From: an uncultured Actinomycetota bacterium
GTDB lineage: Bacteria > Actinomycetota > Acidimicrobiia > Spongiisociales > UBA4744
Direction: 5' to 3'
DNA length: 64,000 nucleotides
Assembly: GCA_963707435.1 (NCBI GenBank)
Contig: CAVPPF010000005.1
Span: forward strand, 578,714 to 642,713
Shown here: in pieces, positions 56,972 through 64,000 of the stretch
Position numbering within the stretch: the first letter of the stretch is position 1
Layout: each line of letters opens with the position of its first letter
Program-made: the position numbers and the translations under genes
The notes under the pieces: model-generated
What the model was told of the DNA's origin: nothing
What the model saw: only the letters and a program-made list of their open reading frames with translations
The model's database searches: none

Positions 56972-59283
56972 GGCTGATCCCCGACCCTTTCCTTCAGTCC
57001 ACGAACGAGTACCGCCACTCCGAGGGCGGCGATGCCGAGCACCGTGATCTCCCCAAGGGTGTCGAGAGACCGAAAGTCGGTCAGGATCACGTTGACGACA
57101 TTTGTTCCTCCGGCACCGGGAGCCAGTGCGGCGTATTGTTCCGAAACGGGCCGGGCGGTCCTCTGGCCGGCCGCGATGAGGGTTCCGGCCGCCACGAAGA
57201 TGCCCACCGCGGACGCAACCGTCCCCCGCACCCATCCCCGGATTCGCCATTTCCGAATCTCGAACCGGCGCGGAAGTCTGGTGAGCACGAAGGCGAAGAT
57301 GGCAACGGTGATGGTTTCGACCAGTAGCAGCGTCAATGCCAGGTCGGGAGCGCCGTACGCAACAAACAGGCCTGCCACGGTGTAGCCGACGGCCCCGAGC
57401 AACAGCACGGCAGCCAGGCGACTCTGCGCCCGGACGACTGCAATCGAAACAGCCGCCACGAAGGCCACCAGAACGGCCTCGGCCGCGGAATACGACCACG
57501 GCGAGTCCTGCCATGCACCGCCGGCAAAGGCCCACGCAACGGCCGGAACCCCGACCGCAACGCTCAAGATGATCGCCAAATAGATAGGCAGCGAGCCGTT
57601 CTGAACGATCCCCGTGATCCGGTCGGCGAAGAGGTTCAATCCGGAGACGGACAGCTCATAGCTGCGCTGCGCGGACGGAACGCGCAGCGTTTCCTTGGCC
57701 CAGCGCGCCGACGACCGCTGCAGGCGGCTCACCGTCTCCCGCTGCAGGTGCACAACCAGTCCGGCCACCAGGATCAGGCCGGATACTGCCAGAGCGAGCT
57801 TCCAACCCGGCCAGAGAACCAGTTTCCCGCCGGGCGCGGCAACGGATACCACCCGGTCCAGAGTGCCCGGCAGCAAACCGAACACCAACCCAACCACCGC
57901 GAGGACCAGCGGCGGTGCCACCAGACCGGCCCCGGGCAACGCAACGGCGCTCTGGCCGGATCGCGATTCGGGATGCTCCGGCTTGGTGCCAAAAGCACCC
58001 CACCAAAACCGTAGTGCGTACCCGACCGTCGCGATCGAGGCAACGGCGATGACCAGCATCGTGACCCACCGGCCGTCCTCAATGAGCGCCCCGATGGCAG
58101 CCTCCTTGGCGACGAAACCAAGCAGCGGGGGTATCCCAGCCATCGACGCGGCAGCCAGGCCCCCTGCGAAAGACAGAACCGGCAGGCGCTTGCCCAGGCC
58201 AGAGAGCAACCGGAGATCCCGGGTACCAGCGGCGGAATCCACCGTGCCCAATGTGAGGAACAGCGCCGACTTGAAGAACGCGTGCGCGACCACGATCGCA
58301 ACCGCTGCGTGCAGGACCAGTGGCGAGCCGACCCCCGCCAGCGCCGTCATGAGCCCGAGCTGGCTGACCGTCCCGTAGGCGAGGAGCAGCTTGAGGTCGG
58401 TCTGGCGAAGGGCCCGCCACGCCCCGATCACCATGGTCACCAGGCCAACCGTCACCACGACGGGTGTCCACATTGGATCACTAGCGAACCCGGGCGCCAG
58501 GCGAATGAGCAGGAAGATACCGGCCTTGACCATGGTCGCCGAGTGCAGATAGGCACTGACCGGAGTGGGGGCGGCCATCGCGCCGGGAAGCCAGAAGTGG
58601 AAGGGTGCCTGGGCGGATTTGGTGAAAACTCCGAGCAGCACCAAGCCCAGCGCCGCGGTGACCACTCCTCCGGTCGGCGGAGCGGCAACGATCTCGGCCA
58701 ATGATGTTGTCCCGGCGGCTTGAGATAGGAGGACCAGACCGGCCAGGAGGGCGAGCCCGCCCAGCCCGGTGGTCAACATGGCCTGAAAGGCAGCTGCCCG
58801 GGCGCTTCCCTTGCGGTCGTCGAAACCGATCAACAGATACGACGTGACCGTCGTCAGTTCCCAGAACACGAAGAGCCCGAACACGTTGTCGACCGCCACG
58901 AGGCCACTCATGGCCGCGGCAAACAGAACGAGCAGAGCAAGGAAACGTCCGGGACGGGAGGCCTTCTTCATGTAGCTCCCGGAAAAGACAACGATCGCAA
59001 GACCCACTCCGGAAATGAGCGTCAGGAAAATGAGGGAGAGGGCGTCGATCCGGAGGGCCAGCGAAACCCCGAGCGCCGGGATCCACTCGAAGTCGGCGGC
59101 CAGCGCTAGACCGTCGAGCACACTCCCCGTGAGGACCGCAGCTACCGCCCATACGAACAGAGATGCCGCCGGCAGGGCGCCAAGGAGGACGGCGCGGCGA
59201 TGCCCGAGCCTCAGCACGGCCAAAGCGCCGGCCACGGCAATGTGACCGGCGATGATCGCCACAAACCAGGTCGTCGCTTCCAT
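56968..59283 (-). CDS. mrpA: Mrp antiporter subunit A
   Basis: FWELT, KSAQAPFHFWLPGAMAAPTPVSAYLHSATMVKAG, NVVNVILTDFRSLDTLGE. Confidence 0.95.
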   Translation of the reverse strand: MEATTWFVAIIAGHIAVAGALAVLRLGHRRAVLLGALPAASLFVWAVAAVLTGSVLDGLALAADFEWIPALGVSLALRIDALSLIFLTLISGVGLAIVVFSGSYMKKASRPGRFLALLVLFAAAMSGLVAVDNVFGLFVFWELTTVTSYLLIGFDDRKGSARAAAFQAMLTTGLGGLALLAGLVLLSQAAGTTSLAEIVAAPPTGGVVTAALGLVLLGVFTKSAQAPFHFWLPGAMAAPTPVSAYLHSATMVKAGIFLLIRLAPGFASDPMWTPVVVTVGLVTMVIGAWRALRQTDLKLLLAYGTVSQLGLMTALAGVGSPLVLHAAVAIVVAHAFFKSALFLTLGTVDSAAGTRDLRLLSGLGKRLPVLSFAGGLAAASMAGIPPLLGFVAKEAAIGALIEDGRWVTMLVIAVASIATVGYALRFWWGAFGTKPEHPESRSGQSAVALPGAGLVAPPLVLAVVGLVFGLLPGTLDRVVSVAAPGGKLVLWPGWKLALAVSGLILVAGLVVHLQRETVSRLQRSSARWAKETLRVPSAQRSYELSVSGLNLFADRITGIVQNGSLPIYLAIILSVAVGVPAVAWAFAGGAWQDSPWSYSAAEAVLVAFVAAVSIAVVRAQSRLAAVLLLGAVGYTVAGLFVAYGAPDLALTLLLVETITVAIFAFVLTRLPRRFEIRKWRIRGWVRGTVASAVGIFVAAGTLIAAGQRTARPVSEQYAALAPGAGGTNVVNVILTDFRSLDTLGEITVLGIAALGVAVLVRGLKERVGDQP

Positions 59284-59405
59284 TCACTCCCCTAGAAATA
59301 CGATGATCTATTTACGAATTGTGCAACGTATAAGACGCAGATAGTACGAAGCTGATTCGTGATTCAGATTTCGTTTGTTTGAGAGAATCAACCGAGGAGC
59401 ACGCC

Positions 59406-60350
59406 ATGCAGCGTTTCAGAAATATCCTGGTGAAGGCCTCACCCGACGCAGACATGACGCAACTCATGCAGACTGCGGAAGGGCTGGCGGCCGCCAACCA
59501 TGCCCGGGTCACCGTCTTCGATGTCGTACCGCCTCTCCGCGCCCGCCGGCCCGGCAGCTTGGGGGGATACCGACCCGGGCATTTGCAACAGCTGATTGAA
59601 AAGGACCGCCGGTCCGAACTCGAAGAGATCGCCGGTTTGGCCCCGAGCGTCCCGGTGGAGGTGGCGCTTGCCGCCGGCACACCGTTCATCGAGGTCATCC
59701 GCCGCGTGCAATCGCACGGCCACGACCTCGTCATCATTTCTCCCGATCAACCAGCCGGTCTGGCCGGTCTGGCTCGCGCCTCGACCACCATGCATTTGCT
59801 CCGGAAGTGCCCGGTTCCGGTGTGGGTCTTCCGCCCGGAGGTGCCTGCCGATGGCGACGTGCTGACGGCTATCGGCCCCTTCGTAGACGAAAGCCCATCC
59901 CCTCTCGACGCCAAGCTCGTCGAGCTCGGCCGATCCCTCGCCCAACGACAGGGAAGCGGCTTCCACATCGTTCACGGCTGGAGACTCGACGGAGAGAGCC
60001 TCCTCCGCAACGGTCGTGTCCGGATGCGGGCGGCAGATGTCGATGCCCTCGTGAGGCAGGAGGAACTCGTGGCTCGCGACGCGATTGCCAAACTCCTGGC
60101 AGCGACGGGTACCCCGGAGGATGAGGTCAACCTCCACATCCGCAAAGCCAGGCCGATCGACGCGATCGCCGATGCGGTCGCAGCGATTGACCCGGGTGTC
60201 GTGGTCATGGGGACCCTGGCCAGGAGCGGCGTGGCCGGATTGCTGATGGGGAATACCGCCGAAACCACGCTCGGTTCACTGCGATCGAGCATCATCGCGG
60301 TCAAGCCCGACGGCTTCCTCTCCCCGGTTACCGCCGGAGCCGCACCATGA
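59406..60350 (+). CDS. Tandem universal stress protein (UspE-like)
   Basis: LLRKCPVPVW, VVMGTLARSGVAGLLMGNTAE. Confidence 0.92.
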   Translation: MQRFRNILVKASPDADMTQLMQTAEGLAAANHARVTVFDVVPPLRARRPGSLGGYRPGHLQQLIEKDRRSELEEIAGLAPSVPVEVALAAGTPFIEVIRRVQSHGHDLVIISPDQPAGLAGLARASTTMHLLRKCPVPVWVFRPEVPADGDVLTAIGPFVDESPSPLDAKLVELGRSLAQRQGSGFHIVHGWRLDGESLLRNGRVRMRAADVDALVRQEELVARDAIAKLLAATGTPEDEVNLHIRKARPIDAIADAVAAIDPGVVVMGTLARSGVAGLLMGNTAETTLGSLRSSIIAVKPDGFLSPVTAGAAP

Positions 60351-60422
60351 TGCTGCCGCTCGACGTAGTACCGGGCAGCGGCCTCACACGCCTACTGCCA
60401 TTCGTGAACGAGGGGGCATAGG

Positions 60423-60725
60423 ATGGCGCGCACGGAAACCGGCGGCTGGACATTCTTGACGAACCACGCCCATGTCCTCCACTGCATTTCCAAGAATCCT
60501 GAGATTCGACTCCGGGACGTCGCCGAACAGGTGGGGATAACGGAACGGGCAGTGCAGCGAATCGTCGCCGAACTCGAGCACGACGGCTACCTCGAACACG
60601 AACGAGTCGGGCGCCGCAACCAATACGAGGTCCACACCGATCTCCCGCTCCGCCATCCCCTCGAAAACCACCTTGAAGTGGGCGCCATCCTCAACGTCCT
60701 GACCGGCGGAAAGAAGCAGGAGTAG
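60423..60725 (+). CDS. Winged-HTH transcriptional regulator
   Basis: WTFLTNHAHVL...RLRDVAEQVGITERAVQRIV...GRRNQY. Confidence 0.88.
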   Translation: MARTETGGWTFLTNHAHVLHCISKNPEIRLRDVAEQVGITERAVQRIVAELEHDGYLEHERVGRRNQYEVHTDLPLRHPLENHLEVGAILNVLTGGKKQE

Positions 60726-60858
60726 CCCGACAGCCTGCCATCCCCGAAGCAGCGGCGGCGGGCTCCTCTGGAATCAGCTCGTTGCGGCGGCCGGCGACTC
60801 GCCGCGATTGGTTCGCCGGACCTACGGTGACCTGCGAATCCTCCGTGCGACGCAAGCA

Positions 60859-60910
60859 GTCTCCATCCGGTCCCCCGAGGTCTCCGCACCGAGTTCACAA
60901 GTTCTCCACA
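60859..60910 (+). promoter_or_regulatory. Phased direct repeats, candidate OmpR/BaeR-family binding sites
   Basis: TCTCCAT (60860), TCCCCCG (60871), TCTCCGC (60881), TTCACA (60894), TCTCCAC (60903). Confidence 0.35.
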
Positions 60911-60952
60911 TCGGCAGAAGATCCTGGGCTCATCGAATCAAGAAAGGAATCG

Positions 60953-61354
60953 ATGATGTTTCTGCGTCGTAGCCCGCTCGGGTTGTTCCTGATGATGGGA
61001 TTTGGCCTTCTCCTCGGGGCAGCCCTGTTCGGCGGAATCGGAGCGGTCGGAAGCGTGATAGCTGCACCCTTCCTGGTGGTGGGATTCATGTTCAAGGTCA
61101 TTCTGTTCTTCGTCCTTTTCGGCCTGTTGGCCAGGATGCTGGCCGGTTGCTCCACACGAGATCGTCGACCAAGGACCTGGCCCGGCCCCAACCGGGGATC
61201 GTGGTCTGACGAGACCCGCTCCCCCTGGTCTGGACGGCGTCCACCGTCAGAACGCGACGAGGAGGAAAGCCGGAATGATCGCTTCGAGGAATGGCATCGG
61301 ATGGCCCACGCCCGCCAGGAAGTCGACGACCATACGCCGCCTGTTGAAGACTGA
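60953..61354 (+). CDS. Hypothetical membrane protein
   Basis: SD AAGGA; two hydrophobic segments; C-terminal FEEWHRMAH. Confidence 0.7.
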   Translation: MMFLRRSPLGLFLMMGFGLLLGAALFGGIGAVGSVIAAPFLVVGFMFKVILFFVLFGLLARMLAGCSTRDRRPRTWPGPNRGSWSDETRSPWSGRRPPSERDEEESRNDRFEEWHRMAHARQEVDDHTPPVED

Positions 61355-61372
61355 GCGACCACACTATGAGTC

Positions 61373-62053
61373 ATGAAGACGATCCTGGTCGTTGACGACG
61401 AACTGAAGATCACCCGCCTGCTGCGCGATTATCTGCAGCAGGCGGGCTTCCGCGTGGTCACCGCCGCCGACGGCCCCGCCGCGCTGACCGTGGCCCGGGC
61501 AGAGCGACCGGACATGATCGTCCTGGATCTGGGGCTGCCGGGTCTGGACGGCCTGGATGTGACCCGCACGCTGCGCAGGTCCTCCGACGTGCCCATCATC
61601 ATGCTGACCGCCCGCGCCGAGGAGGCCGATCGTATCGTCGGCCTCGAGCTGGGTGCCGACGACTACCTGGTCAAACCGTTCAGCCCGAAGGAACTCGTCG
61701 CCCGGGTCCGGGCCGTGCTCCGCAGGGTCGACGCGTCGGTCGCAGCACCCGACCTGGTACGAGCAGGCAACCTCGAGATCGATACGGTGAAACGCACCGT
61801 GACGGTGGACGGCCGGGCGATCGACCTCACTCCCACCGAGTTCGAACTCTTGATCCATTTGGCCAGATCACCCGGCCGGGTCTTCACGAGGTCGCAGCTC
61901 CTCGACGCTCTGCACGGCGTGGCGTTCGAGTCGTACGAGCGAGCCATCGACGCCCACGTGAAGAACCTGCGCCGCAAGCTGGAACCGGATCCGGGCCATC
62001 CTCAGTATCTGCTGACCGTGTACGGAGTGGGGTACAAGTATGCCGATGGGTAG
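61373..62053 (+). CDS. OmpR-family response regulator
   Basis: ILVVDDE, LDLGLP, GADDYLVKPF, LTPTEF, TVYGVGY. Confidence 0.95.
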   Translation: MKTILVVDDELKITRLLRDYLQQAGFRVVTAADGPAALTVARAERPDMIVLDLGLPGLDGLDVTRTLRRSSDVPIIMLTARAEEADRIVGLELGADDYLVKPFSPKELVARVRAVLRRVDASVAAPDLVRAGNLEIDTVKRTVTVDGRAIDLTPTEFELLIHLARSPGRVFTRSQLLDALHGVAFESYERAIDAHVKNLRRKLEPDPGHPQYLLTVYGVGYKYADG

Positions 62054-63131
62054 CCAATTCCGCGGCGGACCGCAGTGGTGGCCGGAGGGCGAGCACTGGC
62101 CTCCGCGCGGTGGGCGAGGTCAACAAGATTGGGCAGGATTCGGACGCCGGGTCTTCAAGGGTGTGCTCGCCTTCGTGATCTTCCTCGGGTTGGTTGCAGC
62201 CCTGATCGGAGCGCTGATCGCAACCGCCGTCGCGGGCGTGGCATCCGCGGGTCGGGCGGGCGTCGTCCTGGCGACCGTGGTGGCGCTCGTCGCGGGCGGA
62301 CTTCTGCTCCGGTCGTTGGTTCGGAGGACCTGGAGCCCGGTACGCGACCTCATCGGTGCCGCCGGGCGGCTGGCGGATGGTGACTACAGCGCCCGGGTGG
62401 ATGAGCGCTCTTCGGCGGCGATGCGGGCGGTCGGATCTTCGTTCAACTCGATGGCGAAGCGACTGGAGGAGGCCGATGAGCAGCGCCGGCGGTTGATGTC
62501 CGATCTCGGCCACGAGCTTCGCACTCCCCTGGCGGTCATTCGCGGCGAGATCGAAGCGGTGATCGATGGCGTCCACGAAGGCGGTCCCGAGCACATGGCA
62601 TCGCTGCTCGACGAGGTCGAAGTCCTGGAGAGGTTGATTGAAGATCTGCGCGTCCTGACCCTGTCCGAAGCGGGGAAGTTGCCCCTGCAGACCGAGCAGG
62701 CCGACCTGATGAAGGTGGTCGAAGAGATCGCGAATTCGTACCGGTCGACGGGCGCCGCCTCCGGGATCGAAATCGTGGTGGAGGCACCGGCGACGGTTCC
62801 GGACGTCGAGATGGATCAGGTGAGGATCCGACAGGCGCTCACCAATCTGGTCGTGAACTCGATCAGGGCCATGCCGGGCGGAGGCCGGATCAAGCTCAAC
62901 GTGACGGTTGAGGACGATCGTGTGGTGACCGCCGTCATCGATACCGGTCCGGGTATCGAACCTGGCCGGCTCGAAGAGGTGTTCGGCCGCTTCGAGAAAT
63001 CCAAAGACTCGCCCGGGAGCGGCCTGGGCTTGTCGATTGCGCGGGGGCTTGCTCGAGCACACGGCGGCGATGTGGAGATCATCGCCAGCGGACCCGACGG
63101 CACGACCGCTTCGTTGTGGATACCACGATGA
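62046..63131 (+). CDS. HAMP-domain sensor histidine kinase
   Basis: Two TM segments, HAMP, HELRTPL, NLVVNS, DTGPGI, GSGLGL. Confidence 0.95.
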   Translation: MGSQFRGGPQWWPEGEHWPPRGGRGQQDWAGFGRRVFKGVLAFVIFLGLVAALIGALIATAVAGVASAGRAGVVLATVVALVAGGLLLRSLVRRTWSPVRDLIGAAGRLADGDYSARVDERSSAAMRAVGSSFNSMAKRLEEADEQRRRLMSDLGHELRTPLAVIRGEIEAVIDGVHEGGPEHMASLLDEVEVLERLIEDLRVLTLSEAGKLPLQTEQADLMKVVEEIANSYRSTGAASGIEIVVEAPATVPDVEMDQVRIRQALTNLVVNSIRAMPGGGRIKLNVTVEDDRVVTAVIDTGPGIEPGRLEEVFGRFEKSKDSPGSGLGLSIARGLARAHGGDVEIIASGPDGTTASLWIPR

Positions 63132-63223
63132 CCCCCACGTTGGAGGACGGATCAGCCCAGACTCCCCATCGATACCCGGTGATGGCGAGGTAGTACATTT
63201 GGTCGATTGATCGAGAGGACCAT

Positions 63224-64000
63224 GTGACGACCCACCGAGATCCTCGCTACGACGTGCTCTTCGAACCGGTCCGGATCGGACCCGTCACCGCTCGGAACCG
63301 GTTCTTCCAGGTTCCACACTGCAACGGAATGGGTTATCGAGACCCCAACGCCCTTGCCGCAATGCGCGGCATCAAGGCAGAGGGCGGCTGGGCCGTTGTG
63401 GCAACCGAGGAAGTGGAGATACACCACACTGCGGACGTCGCTCCCTACATCGAGGGTCGGTTGTGGGACGACCACGATCTTCCGGCGCACGAGCTGGTCA
63501 CGAATGCCATCCATGCACACGGATCGCTGGCGGCGATCGAGCTGGTTCACACCGGCATGGCGGCGAACAACATGTACACGCGCATCCCACCGATGGGACC
63601 GTCCCACCGTCCAACCTCGGGCGATCTCTACCCGATCCAGGCACGACGGATGGACAAAGGCGATATTGCGGACCTGCGAAACTGGCATCGCCGGGCTGTG
63701 CTCCGTTCGCTGCGGGCGGGCTACGACATCGTGTACGTCTACGCCGGACACAACCTGGCGACCCTCCAGCATTTCCTCTCCCCTCGATTCAACGACCGGA
63801 CGGACGAATACGGAGGCTCGCTGGAGAACCGGGCCCGCCTGCTTCGCGAGGTCTTGGAAGACACCCTGGAGACCGTCGACGGCAGAGCGGCCGTGGCCTG
63901 CCGGATCGTGGTCGACGAACTCATCGGCGATGCAGGATTCACCCGCAACGAGATGGTGGAACTCCTCGGCATGCTCGGCGAGCATCCCGACCTGTGGGAC
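63224..64000 (+). CDS. Trimethylamine/dimethylamine/histamine dehydrogenase family flavoprotein (5' part; runs off the window)
   Basis: Manual translation from GTG 63224: RDPRYDVLFEPVRIGPVTARNRFFQVPHCNGMG, KAEGGW, DIVYVYAGH, NDRTDEYGGSLENR. Confidence 0.88.
   Translation, partial: MTTHRDPRYDVLFEPVRIGPVTARNRFFQVPHCNGMGYRDPNALAAMRGIKAEGGWAVVATEEVEIHHTADVAPYIEGRLWDDHDLPAHELVTNAIHAHGSLAAIELVHTGMAANNMYTRIPPMGPSHRPTSGDLYPIQARRMDKGDIADLRNWHRRAVLRSLRAGYDIVYVYAGHNLATLQHFLSPRFNDRTDEYGGSLENRARLLREVLEDTLETVDGRAAVACRIVVDELIGDAGFTRNEMVELLGMLGEHPDLWD

Overview
High-GC bacterial chromosomal segment, probably Actinomycetota (Acidimicrobiia-like). This is inferred from several leaderless TAnnnT-N6-8-ATG starts and a Thr-rich lipoprotein linker. 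I recognised no rRNA, tRNA, CRISPR array or transposase. Layout: (1) 1-7.2 kb: partial ExeM/NucH-type secreted nuclease with a duplicated lamin-tail domain, a frameshifted enoyl-CoA hydratase, MgtC, mannose-1-P guanylyltransferase and an M23 peptidase. (2) 7.3-31.0 kb: a ~24 kb purine/ureide catabolic cluster in four transcription units. It encodes an XdhC-A-type Mo hydroxylase fusion, SsnA-like, YgfK, YgeW-like and an atypical ATCase-like carbamoyltransferase, carbamate kinase, two fold-type II PLP enzymes, an aminotransferase, a plant-HPR-like reductase, GdhA, two regulators and a BMP ABC importer. (3) 31-41.8 kb: metZ, lysA, metX and a his operon led by a TrpR/YerC regulator with divergent hisA. 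(4) 41.8-64 kb: ion-transport and stress genes, including an RCK channel with a GQG filter, a Na/Pi transporter, a cation-chloride cotransporter, Mrp with an MrpG-MrpE fusion, USP, a two-component system and a partial TMADH-family dehydrogenase. The best candidate for a new system is the purine cluster. It resembles the reductive 2,8-dioxopurine pathway but has no ygeY, dpaL or hyuA in this window and carries a second carbamoyltransferase plus uncharacterised PLP enzymes instead. Other notable signals are a shared TTGACA-N3-TGTTAR operator, dispersed 7-bp GTAC-core intergenic arrays, and a candidate Cys-codon uORF attenuator upstream of metX. All family assignments come from motif recognition; no searches were run.
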